In this document: positions 20,052 to 31,162 of the stretch, one piece after another | How the letters are laid out: each line of letters opens with the position of its first letter | Numbering within the stretch: the first letter of the stretch is position 1 | Notes under the pieces: model-generated | Told to the model about the DNA's origin: nothing | Database searches by the model: none | Seen by the model: the letters and a program-made list of their open reading frames with translations, nothing else | From: Sedimentisphaerales bacterium | Lineage (GTDB): Bacteria > Planctomycetota > Phycisphaerae > Sedimentisphaerales > Anaerobacaceae | Length of the DNA: 64,000 nucleotides | NCBI GenBank assembly: GCA_963708075.1 | Contig: OY970194.1 | Location: 1,792,001-1,856,000 of the forward strand | Direction of reading: 5' to 3' | Made by a program: the position numbers and the translations under genes

Positions 20052-20283
20052 GGCACAAACCGGGGCGATCCACGTCAGCAGGAGCCGTCCCCGTGTTTGC
20101 CTGCCGCAGAATCCGTCTTTTGCCCATGGATCGGCCCCCCGGCGGTCCTCTACCATCGTCACAGGGATGACGCGAAGCGATTCGCTGTCATCGAGTTTCG
20201 CATGTCAACGTCAAGGACGGCGGCTCACCTCCTGGGGGAGAAAGATGTCCTCAGCGGTGAAGTGAGCAGAAAGGAGTGTTCCC

Positions 20284-21111
20284 ATGAGAACAGCGTATCA
20301 TTGGATTGGCTGTGTTCTGTTGGCGGTGGTTCTAAGTGCATTGCCTATGGCGTCCGGCGCCCCGATTCTTCCCGACTTTGACGCGGCGACGTTCGCGGCG
20401 GACTCCTCCATCAGCGACAACCTGTACTTCCCGTTAATGCCGGGGACGGTCTACACCTATGTGGGACAGGAGGTCGGAAATGGCGTGACCGAGCTCAACC
20501 GCATTTTCGTGACGTTCGGCACGAAGGAGATTCTCGGTGTCCAGGCCCGCGTGGTCCGAGACACCGCGTGGGTCGATGGTGTGCTGGCGGAAGACACGGA
20601 CGACTGGTTCGCCCGGGACACGGCGGGCAATGTCTGGTACATGGGCGAGGACACGACGACCTTTGAATACGACGATGAGGGCAACCTGATCGGGACCAGC
20701 AAGGAAGGGTCGTGGCAGGCCGGCGTGGACGAGGCGCTGCCCGGTTTTATCATGGAGGCCAACCCCATCGTGGGCGACAACTACTTTCAGGAGTCCGCCC
20801 CCAATAACGGCGCCCTGGATCAGGCCACGATCATCAGTCTCGATGAGACTATTTCCATCGACCTCGGCACCTTCACGGACGTTCTGCAGACCCTGGAGAC
20901 GACGGAGCTCGACCCCGATGCCCGCGAGTTCAAATACTATGCCCCGGGCGTTGGACTGATCTTCGTCGAGGAGGGCCTGGACGAGAACTTCGCGAATCCC
21001 GGATTCCTGGTGGACCTCGTCTCTGTCGAGGTGATCCCAGCCCCGGCCGCCTTGTCCCTGGTCGTAGTCGGCCTCGGCGTCGCAGGGTGGTTCCGACGCC
21101 GGTTCAGATAG
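20284..21111 (+). CDS. acidic surface protein with PEP-CTERM-like sorting signal
   Basis: AAGGAG RBS; signal peptide; C-terminal VIPAPAALSLVVVGLGVAGWFRRRFR. Confidence 0.85.
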   Translation: MRTAYHWIGCVLLAVVLSALPMASGAPILPDFDAATFAADSSISDNLYFPLMPGTVYTYVGQEVGNGVTELNRIFVTFGTKEILGVQARVVRDTAWVDGVLAEDTDDWFARDTAGNVWYMGEDTTTFEYDDEGNLIGTSKEGSWQAGVDEALPGFIMEANPIVGDNYFQESAPNNGALDQATIISLDETISIDLGTFTDVLQTLETTELDPDAREFKYYAPGVGLIFVEEGLDENFANPGFLVDLVSVEVIPAPAALSLVVVGLGVAGWFRRRFR

Positions 21112-21127
21112 CCGCGCTGGAGCCTTC

Positions 21128-21153
21128 GTAGGGGCGGGTTTCAAACCCGCCCT
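21128..21153 (+). repeat. GTAG-type REP
   Basis: GTAG + GGGCGGG-TTTCAAA-CCCGCCC hairpin; identical inverted copy at 21441..21466. Confidence 0.9.
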
Positions 21154-21157
21154 CGTC

Positions 21158-21755
21158 TCATCGTATTTGCCACGCATCCGGCGCTTCAGGTGTGATCGCC
21201 GCCGGGTTGTCACGGTCGTGGGCCCAGCGCAAGGGATTCTCGATGATGTATTGCCGAATGTGATTCAAGGCCCGTTCATTACGGATGACGTGCTCGTAAT
21301 AGTTGCGCTGCCAGAGCGGCGTGCCTTGCATCCCTCGGCACTTGTTGATCTGCCGAGCAGAAAATGTTTTGAATGCACGAATGACTTCGCCCAATCCGTG
21401 GCGTTTGGGGGTATCGGGTGGTGTTTGCGACACATGGGGAAGGGCGGGTTTGAAACCCGCCCCTACGAGGTCCTGACCCTCGGTCAATGTGATTACCATG
21501 TGGACGTGGTTGGGCATCACCGTGAACGCATCCAATTCCACGCGTGGGTAATGAATCGGCAAGTCCTGCCACGTCTCCTGGACGGCTTGGCCCAACGCAT
21601 TCACCCGCATGCTTCCATCCGCGATCTCCCCGAACAGGCACGCGTGGCCCTGGGTGCAAACAGTCACGAAATACGCCCCCGTCTCCGCGTAATCATACCC
21701 CTCCAGTCGGATTGATCGCCGATGACCATGCTCTGAATCACGATCCGCCGTACAT
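21158..21755 (-). mobile_element. REP-associated tyrosine transposase (RAYT, IS200/IS605-like Y1 HuH)
   Basis: RRSIRLEGYDY...GAYFVTVCT, HuH motif MPNHVH, WQRNYYEHVIR, YIIENP; ATG 21755 is one base out of frame, so a probable indel. Confidence 0.88.
21441..21466 (-). repeat. GTAG-type REP inside the RAYT coding sequence
   Basis: identical to 21128..21153 in opposite orientation; translated as VGAGFKPAL. Confidence 0.9.
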
Positions 21756-22662
21756 GCCCCCTATGGCTGCTCCTCGTTGTCACGCCTGTCGCTCGGTTGG
21801 CAATGAATCGTGCGCGCAGGTCGCATCCTGCACGACCGGCTATTCCTTCAGAGTGCCGCTGACCGGCGACACGATCCAATCATAAGTCGGGACGGTGGTC
21901 CCGTCTTTCAGAACAATGCCGTTCGCGTTCATGAGCATGCCGTGATCCGAGCCGGTCGGTCGTGTGCGTATCGCCTGCACGCCAAAGTCGGCAACCGGCT
22001 GGACCTCGCCCGGCTCCGAGCGGCCGTTGGCGTTCCTGTCGAACCAGACGCCGATGCCCTTCAGTTCGCGGCCGGATAGGGAGCCGTCACGGTTATCATC
22101 GAGCGTATCGAGTGCGAAGTAGCCGTTGGTGAACAGGAGCCACCACGTGGCCGTGCCGAACAACTGCCGGCCGGAGGTGATCTCTCCTTTGTTGAGCGGG
22201 TCCCAGACCAGCAGGCCCGTGGTCGGCTTGATCCAGGGCCATCGTGCATTTCGGCCGGTTCCGTCCAGGTCGAAAGTCACACAGGTGTCCGGCGCAAGCA
22301 ATTTGAGCACGGACCCATGCTCATGGACGGAGAAGATGACGGGAGTAATCGGTCCCCTTACCGTCGGCAGGCTCTCCAGCTTCGCAAGGTCGGCTTTGAT
22401 CTGAGCGACGGAATTGGTGTCGGCAATCGACGGTTCCTTGGCAGCCAGTCGCACATAAGCGCTGCCCGCCTCGTGGCTCACGATTCCCTGAAGATTAGCC
22501 CACACCGGTTGAGCCGTCAGCTTACGATCGTTCTCAATGGAGAATCGATAAGCGAGGTAATAGGTCATGCGAATCTTTGGTATGGTGACGCAGGCCAATT
22601 GTCGCGGATGCTCGGTGATGTTTGCATCGGCCGTATAGGACAAGTACTCATCGTACAGGCTA

Positions 22663-23808
22663 AGTAGGTAGCCAAAAGTTTTCACAGGAACGATTCTCTT
22701 CGCGTGTATGATGGGGTACATGCGAAGAACGAAGAGCGCCTCAGAACGTGGTTTCGATCGATATGATAAACATCGTCTTACGCGGGCCTTACAGGGGGTC
22801 GCTGACATTCGCACCTACCGGCGTATCGAAGCGATCCTGTTGGTGGCCCAGGGTCGGACGGTTCCGGAAGCAGCGCAGATCACCGGGACCCGGCCGTGGA
22901 GCGTCTATCGCTGGGTGCGGGCCTATCTGCACACCCATTGTCCAGACCGCCTGCAGGACGCACCGCGTTCCGGACGGCCTCCGGTCGCCACGCCGATCAC
23001 GGACGCCCGTCTGGTACGCGAGTTCCGCCGGGACCCGATGCGTTTGGGCTATCGCGCCACGGGTTGGACGGTGTCCTTGCTGGCAGATCACCTCCAGCAA
23101 AGGTACGGGTGTGCAATCTCGCCTCGTACCCTGCGGCGGCGGATGCGGGACTTGGATCTGCGGTGGAAACGTCCCCGGTATGTCTATGCGACCAAGGACC
23201 CGAACCGAGCCCAGAAAAAGGGGGCCTGGTTCGCCGCCTGAAACGGATGCCGGCGCTGGCGGTGCTGTTGTTTTCGGATGCGACCATCCTCCGCTGGTTT
23301 CCGCCCTTGCGCTATGTGTGGGCGTTTCGCGGCGAACAGGCGCAGGTCAAGATCACGGGCCAAAACGACAAACGGGTTCTGTTCGGCACGATCAATCCAC
23401 GAACCGGACACCGGGTGGTCCTGCGTCGGCCCCGCCAGCGGCAAGAGGACTTTCAAGCCTTCCTGCGGGAGTTGCGGCGACGGTATCCCGGACGCCCGAT
23501 TTGGCTGTTGCTGGACAAGGCCTCTTTTCATCAGGCGATCAAAAGCCAACGACTGGCCACCCACTTGGAGGTGACCCTCTTGTGGTTGCCGAAGCAGTGC
23601 CCGGAACTGAACTCTCAGGATCATCTCTGGAAGGAGTTGAAACGGTTGATTGCGGCCAATCGCCAGTTCCAAACGATTGATGATGAGGCGGCCTACGCGG
23701 AACAGTGGCTCTTGGGACTAACTGCGACCCAGGGCCTCCGCAAAGCCGGTGTCTTGTCGGCGGATTTCTGGCTCAAGGCTTTTGTGTGAAGACTTTTGGC
23801 TACCTACT
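22663..23808 (+). mobile_element. IS630-family insertion sequence, 1146 bp
   Basis: 24-bp terminal IRs AGTAGGTAGCCAAAAGT(T/C)TTCACA (23/24 identical); TA duplication at 22661-62 and 23809-10; empty site CTAG. Confidence 0.95.
22720..23789 (+). CDS. IS630 transposase (two ORFs joined by probable -1 frameshift)
   Basis: HTH ORF 22708..23241 (DAPRSGRPP, WT, LRWKRPR); catalytic ORF to 23789 (FSDAT, LLDKASFH, PELN); slippery AAAAAGGGGG at 23215..23224. Confidence 0.9.
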
Positions 23809-24577
23809 TAGCCAGACTCAGGTAATAAAGGCCATTCTCCGGGTCCAGATCCAAAGCTCTCTCGAAACTGTCCACCGCCGCGCCGGCATGGGCAAGGACC
23901 TTGTCGGTATCGAGGTACTCCGGCTTCCATCCCTCCCTCTGCAACTCCTGCCATTTGCGCCAAACCTCGTTATCGAATTCCAGCAACATCGACGAGGGCA
24001 CATCCGCCCGCGTCGGATAACCCCACGCATCCAAGACAAGTCGGTGGGCCTCCTCGTCACGCAAAGTCGACAGCAGACTGTCAGCGCCCGGCCATTGCTC
24101 AACAGTCTGCCAGTCTGCCGCGACATTGTCAGGGGGAAAGGCGTCAGGCTTCCGGGTTGGGACAAACGGGACCCGATTCAGAAAGGTGAAGTAATGCATT
24201 CGGCCCAAGGTATAGTACCCTTGCGGATCGCTGGGGTGCTCCCTGATGAAGGCCTCTGTGTTGGCGATGAGCCGATCGAATGGGACGTACCAAGCGTATG
24301 GAAAAAGCGAGCCGCCCCGCCCCAGGCAAACCACCGGCAATAACGTGACAACAGCAGCAGGCAGAATTCGCCACTTCATGACCTCGACCTCCTTCTCATT
24401 GGACGCTCGTACCGCCGAGCCTGTGTTATCCAGCCTTTGATGTTCATTATACACAGTCATAGGGGCGGGGACAAGACCGTGCTGCCGATGCCTTTTTGCC
24501 TTGTGCTCTGCATGGCGTCAGGGTATATTCCCGAAGTACTGACGTCACATTCTCGAATCTATTGTAGGGGACGACAC

Positions 24578-26157
24578 ATGACGAATGAGCATTCCGAGGA
24601 ACACCCAGTTCGAACGACCTGCTGTCCGTGCGGCTGCGGACAGGGACAGTCCACATCGGGGATCAGCCGCAGAGGCTTCCTGCAGGGTGTCAGCGGCGCG
24701 GGGCGCTGGGCATGGCCCTGACCGGCCTGACGTGGTCGAGCGTGGCGATGGCCGCCGGCTCGGGCGACCGGGCAGGCCCGCAGCGCCGGGCCCTCGTCGT
24801 CAGGCCTATCCTGGTCTACGAGATCCCGACGCGACGACCGCAGACGAGTTGGCGGTCCTGGGGCGGCATCGCGAGCCAGGAGCAGGCGGAGCAGGAACTG
24901 GGCCGCATTCAGGGCGAGTTGAGCAAGATGAAGGAGCGGGCGGACTTCCCGGTGGACTTCCTCAAGCCTGTGAGAATCCGTTCGGCGGAGGATGCGGCGA
25001 AGATTGAAGGCCTCGAGCAGGCCGATGTCGCTATCATCTATGCGGCCGGTGGACCGATGAACGCATTTGATGTGATCGGTAAGCGCGCCAAGAACACGAT
25101 CATCTTCTGCCGCCACAAGTCCGGGCCGGTCTATCTCTGGTATGAGATTATCAGCCCCCGGTACCTGCGCCAGCACACCGACACGCTCAAGGTCAAAGGT
25201 GTCGATGACGGCGACGTGATCGTGGACAATCAGGATGAAATCCTCTGGCGGTTGCGGGCCCTGGCCGGTCTGCAGAACACGCTGGGCACCCGAATTCTCT
25301 GCATCGGCGGCCCCGCTGCATGGGCCCAGCCCGAAGGTGTCGTACCCAACCTCGTCCGTGAGATCTGGAAATTCGACATGCAGACGGTGTCCTACGACGA
25401 CCTCGGCAAGCTCATCAAGGAGGCCCGGGCCGACAGTGCCGCTGTCACGCGGGCGAAAGAGCGCGCCGAAAAATACCTGAAGGGTCGAGGCGTCAAGTTG
25501 GAGACGAAGCCTGGATTCGTCGAGAACGCCTTCCTTCTGGAAGAGGTCTTTATCGGTCTGATGAAGAAGGCCGACTGCCGGGCGATCACGATCAACGGCT
25601 GCATGGGCACGATCATGCCGCTGGCGGAGACCTCGGCGTGCCTGACCCTCTCGCTCCTGAACGACGCCGGCTACATGGCATTTTGCGAGTCGGACTTCGT
25701 GGTGATCCCCTCGGGCGTCCTCATGGTGAACATCTCGGGCAAGCCCATGTTTCTGAATGACCCGACCTACCCGCACGACGGCGTCATTACGCTCGCTCAT
25801 TGCACAGGCCCGCGCAAGATGAACGGCAAGGACCTCGAGCCGGTCCGTATCCTGACGCACTTCGAGTCGGACTATGGCGCCTCCCCGAAGGTCGAGATGC
25901 GCAAGGGCCAGGTCGTGACGAATATCGCGCCCGACTTCCTGATCAAGCGCTGGGTGGGCCTCAAGGGCGAGATCATCGACGCCCCCTTCATGGACATCTG
26001 CCGCAGCCAGATCGACATCCGCTTCACCTGCGACAGCCTGAAGCTGGCCGAGCGGATGCCCGGCTTCCACTGGATGACCTGCTACGGCGATTACATGAAG
26101 GAGATCGGCTATGCCTGCAAGAAGCTCGGAATTCAGTGGGAAGACCTGACGGCGTAG
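24578..26157 (+). CDS. Tat-exported L-fucose/arabinose-isomerase-like protein (one base missing near 24702)
   Basis: ISRRGFLQG Tat motif in one frame continues as ALGMALTG in the next; AITINGC, ACLTLSLLND, FCESD, LAHCT, THFES, CRSQ motifs. Confidence 0.75.
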
Positions 26158-26177
26158 ATCCGGCATGGAGCGCAAGC

Positions 26178-26213
26178 ATAGGTCCTATCGGTCCTATGTG
26201 TCCTATAGGTCCA
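26178..26213. repeat. 9-bp tandem repeat (x4)
   Basis: ATAGGTCCT ATCGGTCCT ATGTGTCCT ATAGGTCCA. Confidence 0.7.
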
Positions 26214-26313
26214 GACTTCATGTACGGCGATAAAAGCGCTATCCCGGAGCCGGACCGGCAGCACGTCCGGCTCTGGGCTTCTTATGCACCACACAACAAC
26301 AGGAGAAGACGGA

Positions 26314-28422
26314 ATGAGGGAATCGCACTGCACCATCGCATCGTTTGGACTGTTCCTGGCATGCGTATTGGCATCCTCGGCATGCGCCGCCGACCTGACA
26401 CTCTACGTGTCGCCCGACGGCAAGGACACATGGTCCGGCGGGCTCGCGCGGCCGAATGCCGACGGCACTGATGGCCCCGTCCCCACGCTCGAACGCGCGC
26501 GGGACATCCTCCGGCAGAAGAGGTCCTCCACAGCCGGGGAAGCGCGTGTTGTCGTGGGCGATGGACGGTATTCATTGACACAGCCGTTCACCCTTGATGC
26601 CAGAGACAGCGGCGTCATCTACGAGGCGGCGCCGGGCGCCCGGCCGGTCTTTTCCGGAGGCAGGACAATCCCTGGGTTCGAGCAGGCCGAGAACGGCCTG
26701 TGGCGAGCGCGCGTCCCGGAGGCGGTGAACGGCAAGTGGCGATTTGAGCAGTTGTTCGTCAACGGCAAACGGGCCGTGCGGGCGCGAACGCCCAACAAGT
26801 TCTATCTCTACGTGGGCGAGAGCAAAGAGGTGCCGGTCGAGGGCAAGCCAGGCCAGTTCACGCGAACGACGAACATGCCGCCCGAGGCCCTGGCCCCACT
26901 GAAAGGACTCAGCGAAGCCGAGATTCACGACGTGGTCCTTGTGGCGTATCACAAATGGTGCATCACGCAGCGATACCTTAAGAGTGTGGATTTCGAGAAG
27001 AGCCAGGTCATCACCACGGGCGAGCAGTTGAAAAACTACTCCGGCTGGCCCGCCGGCACGCGATTCCACGTGGAGAACTTCAAAGCCGCAATCGATGAGC
27101 CCGGGGAATGGTTCCTCGCTCGTGACGGCATGCTATACTACAAGCCTCGCCCCGGCGAGGATATGGCCAGGGCCGAGGTCGTCGCACCCGTTGCGAAAAA
27201 ACTGGTGATTCTCGGTGGCCGGCCCGAAGCCGGGAAATTGGTCGAGCGAGTGACGTTCAAGGGCCTGACATTCCATCACCAGGACTATACACTGCCCACT
27301 GCGGGCTATGAGCCCTACCAGGCGGCCTTTGCCACCGAGGCGGCGATCATGATTGACGGAGCCCATAACGTCACGATCCGGGACTGCGAAGTTGGCCATA
27401 TCGGGGAATACGCTGTCTGGTTCCGCCAAGGCTGCCAGAATTGCGGCGTCGAACGCTCCTTCCTGCACGACCTCGGCGCCGGCGGCGTCCGGATCGGCGA
27501 GGGTCAGATCAGGCCGGATGAACCGTCCCGCACGCATCACATCACTGTGGACAACAACATCATTCGCGCCGGCGGCAGGATTCATGCGGAGGCCGTCGGC
27601 GTCTGGATCGGCCACAGCGGCGACAACGCCGTCACGCACAATGAGATTGCCGACTTGTTCTATACCGGCATCTCCGCCGGCTGGCGATGGGGCTACGCGG
27701 AAAGCCCCGCTAAACGCAATAACATCAGCTTCAACCGGGTGCATCATCTCGGCTGGGCCGTCCTCAGCGATATGGGTGGCATCTACACGCTCGGGCCATC
27801 GGAGGGAACAGTCGTCGGCAACAACGTCTTCCACGATATCTACGCCTACTCCTATGGCGGATGGGGTCTCTACACCGATGAGGGCAGCACGGGAATCGTT
27901 CTGGAAAACAACCTCGTCTACAACACCAAGACCGGCAGCTTCCACCAGCACTACGGCAAGGAGAACATCATCCGCAACAACATCCTGGTCAACAGCATGC
28001 TCCACCAGATCCAGGCGACTCGCATCGAGGAGCACCTGTCCTTCACGTTCGAGAAGAACATCGTGTACTGGGAGACGGGCCCTCTGCTCGCCGGTCCATG
28101 GACTAAGGTCCGCATCAATATGGACAACAATTGCTACTGGAATGCCGCCGGGCAGGAGGTGACATTCGCAGGCTTGTCGCTCGACCAGTGGCGCCAGCAG
28201 CAGAACCATGACCAGCACTCCATTATCGCCGACCCCGGTTTCGCCGATGTGAAGAACCTCGATTTCCACCTGAAGCCGGACTCCCCCGCCCTTAAGACCG
28301 GCTTCACGCCATTCGACTACGGCAAAGCGGGCGTGTACGGCGATCCGGCCTGGGTCAAGAAGGCAAACGAGGTAACGTATCCCGCACTGGAGTGGCCGCC
28401 GACTGTAGCCGGCGCTGATTAG
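26314..28422 (+). CDS. secreted right-handed beta-helix (pectin-lyase fold, GH141-like) protein
   Basis: signal peptide; [35 protein letters not shown], parallel beta-helix repeats. Confidence 0.85.
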   Translation: MRESHCTIASFGLFLACVLASSACAADLTLYVSPDGKDTWSGGLARPNADGTDGPVPTLERARDILRQKRSSTAGEARVVVGDGRYSLTQPFTLDARDSGVIYEAAPGARPVFSGGRTIPGFEQAENGLWRARVPEAVNGKWRFEQLFVNGKRAVRARTPNKFYLYVGESKEVPVEGKPGQFTRTTNMPPEALAPLKGLSEAEIHDVVLVAYHKWCITQRYLKSVDFEKSQVITTGEQLKNYSGWPAGTRFHVENFKAAIDEPGEWFLARDGMLYYKPRPGEDMARAEVVAPVAKKLVILGGRPEAGKLVERVTFKGLTFHHQDYTLPTAGYEPYQAAFATEAAIMIDGAHNVTIRDCEVGHIGEYAVWFRQGCQNCGVERSFLHDLGAGGVRIGEGQIRPDEPSRTHHITVDNNIIRAGGRIHAEAVGVWIGHSGDNAVTHNEIADLFYTGISAGWRWGYAESPAKRNNISFNRVHHLGWAVLSDMGGIYTLGPSEGTVVGNNVFHDIYAYSYGGWGLYTDEGSTGIVLENNLVYNTKTGSFHQHYGKENIIRNNILVNSMLHQIQATRIEEHLSFTFEKNIVYWETGPLLAGPWTKVRINMDNNCYWNAAGQEVTFAGLSLDQWRQQQNHDQHSIIADPGFADVKNLDFHLKPDSPALKTGFTPFDYGKAGVYGDPAWVKKANEVTYPALEWPPTVAGAD

Positions 28423-28452
28423 GCCGACCTGTACCTTCGAAGGGGATTGTGC

Positions 28453-31152
28453 ATGAAAGCGCCACGCCTGGTCCTTGCATCTCTGGTCGTTGTGCTGATG
28501 GGCACACTCGGATTGCCAACATGTGCGAGGGCAGCGACAATATATGTGTCCCCCGATGGCAGCGATACATGGTCCGGGCGGACCGCACAGCCGAATGCTG
28601 CTGGGACCGACGGCCCCGTAGCCACCCTCGAACGCGCCCGCGATATCCTTCGCAACGCCGGAAAGGACACTACGGACCAGTCGCACGTCATTATTGCCGA
28701 TGGCCGATACCCGTTGACTAAGCCGTTTTTGCTCAGTGAAAGGGATGGCGGCGTCACTTATGAGGCAGCGCCGGGGGCCAAGCCGGTGTTCTCCGGGGGC
28801 AAGGTCATTCAGGGATTCGAACTTGGCGACGATGGCGTCTGGCGTGTGCGAATCCCGGAAGCGGCGGACGGCTCGTGGTACTTCGAGCAGTTATTCGTCA
28901 ATGGACACCGGGCGACGCGGGCGCGCACGCCAAACAAGTTCTATCACTACATCGTGGACATCCACGAGGAGTCGCTCCAGGCAGGTTCCGGCGACAGGCC
29001 GGCCAGAGCCAGGCAGACCGTGACCTCACGGCCGGAGGATGTCAAGCCGCTGCTCGCATTGAGTGAGCAGGAACTGCATGACGTGCAGATGGTCGTTTAC
29101 CACAACTGGGACAATACGACCCGCTTCATTGAAGGTGTCAGCCGGGAGAAATCCGCGATTCTCACAACCGGCGGAGGCATGAAGCCGTGGAACCCCTGGA
29201 GAAAGGGTGACCGATTCCACCTGGAGAATTTCCGGGCCGCGCTCGATGCGCCGGGCGAGTGGTTTCTGTCCCGCGACGGTTGGCTCTATTACATGCCTCG
29301 CGAGGGCGAAGACGTGCAAACCGCCGAGGTCGTCGCTCCTATCGTCGAGAAGTTCCTTGTTCTCGCGGGCGATGTCCAGAACGAGAAGTACCTGGAGAAC
29401 GTCACGATCAAGGGCCTGACGTTTCTTCACGCCGAGTACCCCATGCCGCCGGGCGGGTTCGAGGCGAGTCAGGCCGCGGCTCCAATTGACGCGGTAGTCA
29501 TGGCCGATGGCACGCGCAACGTGACGATCCAGGACTGCGAGTTCGGCCACTTCGGGCGGTACGGCGTGTGGTTTCGGAAGGGCTGCCAGAACTGCACCTT
29601 GCAGAAGTGCTACGTGCACGATTTCGGTGCCGGCGGCGTCCGTATCGGCGAGTCGAGCGTGCCCAAACAGCCGCGAGAGCAGACCAGCCACATCACCGTG
29701 GATAATAACATCATCCGTGCGGGCGGGCGGATCTTCCCCTGCGCCGTCGGCATCTGGATCGGGCACAGCGGCGACAACGCCGTGACGCACAACGAGATTG
29801 CCGATATGTACTACACCGGGATCTCGGCCGGCTGGGTCTGGGGCTACTCCGGCAGCATCGCCAAACGCAACAACATCAGCTTCAACCACGTGCATCATCT
29901 CGGCTGGGCGGTCCTCAGCGACATGGGCGGCATCTACACGCTCGGAGCCTCCGAAGGCACAGTCGTCGGCAACAACGTCCTCCACGATATCTACGCCTAT
30001 TCCTACGGCGGATGGGGCATGTATACCGACGAGGGCAGCACCGGCATTGTCATGGAGAACAACCTGGTCTATAACACCAAGACCGGGAGCTTCCATCAGC
30101 ACTACGGCAAGGAAAACACCATCCGCAATAACATCCTGGTCAACAGCATGCTCCACCAGATCCAGGCGACTCGTGTCGAGGAACATCTGTCCTTCACGTT
30201 CGAGAAGAACATCGTGTACTGGGAGACCGGCCCCCTGCTCTCCGGGCCATGGACCCAGGTCAACGTGAGCATGGATGACAACTGCTACTGGAACGCCGCC
30301 GGGCAGGAAGTGACGTTCGCGGGACTGTCGCGCGACGAGTGGCGTCAGCAGAAGGGACACGACCAGCATTCCATCATCGCGGACCCTGGCTTCGTCGACG
30401 TGAAGAACCTCGACTTCCGGTTGAAGCCCGACTCCCCCGCCCTCAAGATCGGCTTCACGCCCTTCGACTACACCAAAGCAGGTGTGTACGGCGATCCCAT
30501 CTGGATCGAGAAGGCAAATGAAGTAACGTACCTCGCACTGGAGTGGCCTCCGGGCCCGCCGCCCGTGGCGATCAAGGACGATTTCGAGACAACACCTGTT
30601 GGTCAAAAGCCTCAGGACGCCTCCGCCAACATGGAGAACAAGGGCGATTCCATCGCTGTGACTGATGAGACGGCCGCAAGCGGCACGCACAGCCTGAAGA
30701 TCGCGGACGCCCCCGGCCTGCAAAACGCATGGAATCCGCACTTGGTGTACTCCCCGAACCATAGCTGGGGAACGACCCGCTGCGCATTCGACCTGCGCAT
30801 CGGGCCGGGAGTCTCCATCAGCCATGAATGGCGCGACTGGCGAGCCTCGCCCTACAGCGTCGGTCCCAGCCTCTCCATCAACGGCGATAATCTCCAGGTC
30901 GCCGGCAGGACTCTGCTCCGTCTGCCTCTGAACCAATGGGTCCACTTCGAGATCACCGCCGACCTCGGCAAGAACAACAGCGGCACATGGAGCCTGGCCG
31001 TCGCCCTCCCCGGCCAGCCCCCGAAAGCATTCGCGAACCTGAAAACCGCCGGCAACGCCTTCGAACAACTCACCTGGCTCGGCTTCAGCAGCAACGCCAC
31101 AACCGCCACCGTCTTCTACCTCGACAACATCGAGATCGCAAATCAGTCCTGA
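28453..31152 (+). CDS. paralogous secreted beta-helix protein with extra C-terminal beta domain
   Basis: same motifs as 26314..28422 plus about 195 aa from DDFE to FYLDNI (CBM/lectin-like). Confidence 0.85.
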   Translation: MKAPRLVLASLVVVLMGTLGLPTCARAATIYVSPDGSDTWSGRTAQPNAAGTDGPVATLERARDILRNAGKDTTDQSHVIIADGRYPLTKPFLLSERDGGVTYEAAPGAKPVFSGGKVIQGFELGDDGVWRVRIPEAADGSWYFEQLFVNGHRATRARTPNKFYHYIVDIHEESLQAGSGDRPARARQTVTSRPEDVKPLLALSEQELHDVQMVVYHNWDNTTRFIEGVSREKSAILTTGGGMKPWNPWRKGDRFHLENFRAALDAPGEWFLSRDGWLYYMPREGEDVQTAEVVAPIVEKFLVLAGDVQNEKYLENVTIKGLTFLHAEYPMPPGGFEASQAAAPIDAVVMADGTRNVTIQDCEFGHFGRYGVWFRKGCQNCTLQKCYVHDFGAGGVRIGESSVPKQPREQTSHITVDNNIIRAGGRIFPCAVGIWIGHSGDNAVTHNEIADMYYTGISAGWVWGYSGSIAKRNNISFNHVHHLGWAVLSDMGGIYTLGASEGTVVGNNVLHDIYAYSYGGWGMYTDEGSTGIVMENNLVYNTKTGSFHQHYGKENTIRNNILVNSMLHQIQATRVEEHLSFTFEKNIVYWETGPLLSGPWTQVNVSMDDNCYWNAAGQEVTFAGLSRDEWRQQKGHDQHSIIADPGFVDVKNLDFRLKPDSPALKIGFTPFDYTKAGVYGDPIWIEKANEVTYLALEWPPGPPPVAIKDDFETTPVGQKPQDASANMENKGDSIAVTDETAASGTHSLKIADAPGLQNAWNPHLVYSPNHSWGTTRCAFDLRIGPGVSISHEWRDWRASPYSVGPSLSINGDNLQVAGRTLLRLPLNQWVHFEITADLGKNNSGTWSLAVALPGQPPKAFANLKTAGNAFEQLTWLGFSSNATTATVFYLDNIEIANQS

Positions 31153-31162
31153 CGCGGAACGT

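Larger units (their letters stand above)
21840..24379 (-). pseudogene. secreted TPR protein with C-terminal FrpC-SPM-like Ca-binding domain, interrupted by IS630
   Basis: removing the IS and one TA joins LYYLSLA to SLYDEY in frame (1392 nt, 463 aa); signal peptide MKWRILPAAVV; AAGGAGG upstream. Confidence 0.88.

Noticed and set aside
19941..20283. Lysine riboswitch or extended N-terminus for dapL
   Set aside because: The promoter lies only about 80 nt upstream of ATG 19940, too short for an L-box, and no L-box motifs were seen
22661..22814. N-terminus of ORF 21840..22814 as a real gene start
   Set aside because: It is read out of the IS630 end; the true start is at 24379
27700..30550. Diversity-generating retroelement TR/VR pair
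   Set aside because: Both copies are coding, the differences inspected are mostly synonymous and not adenine-specific, and no reverse transcriptase is present
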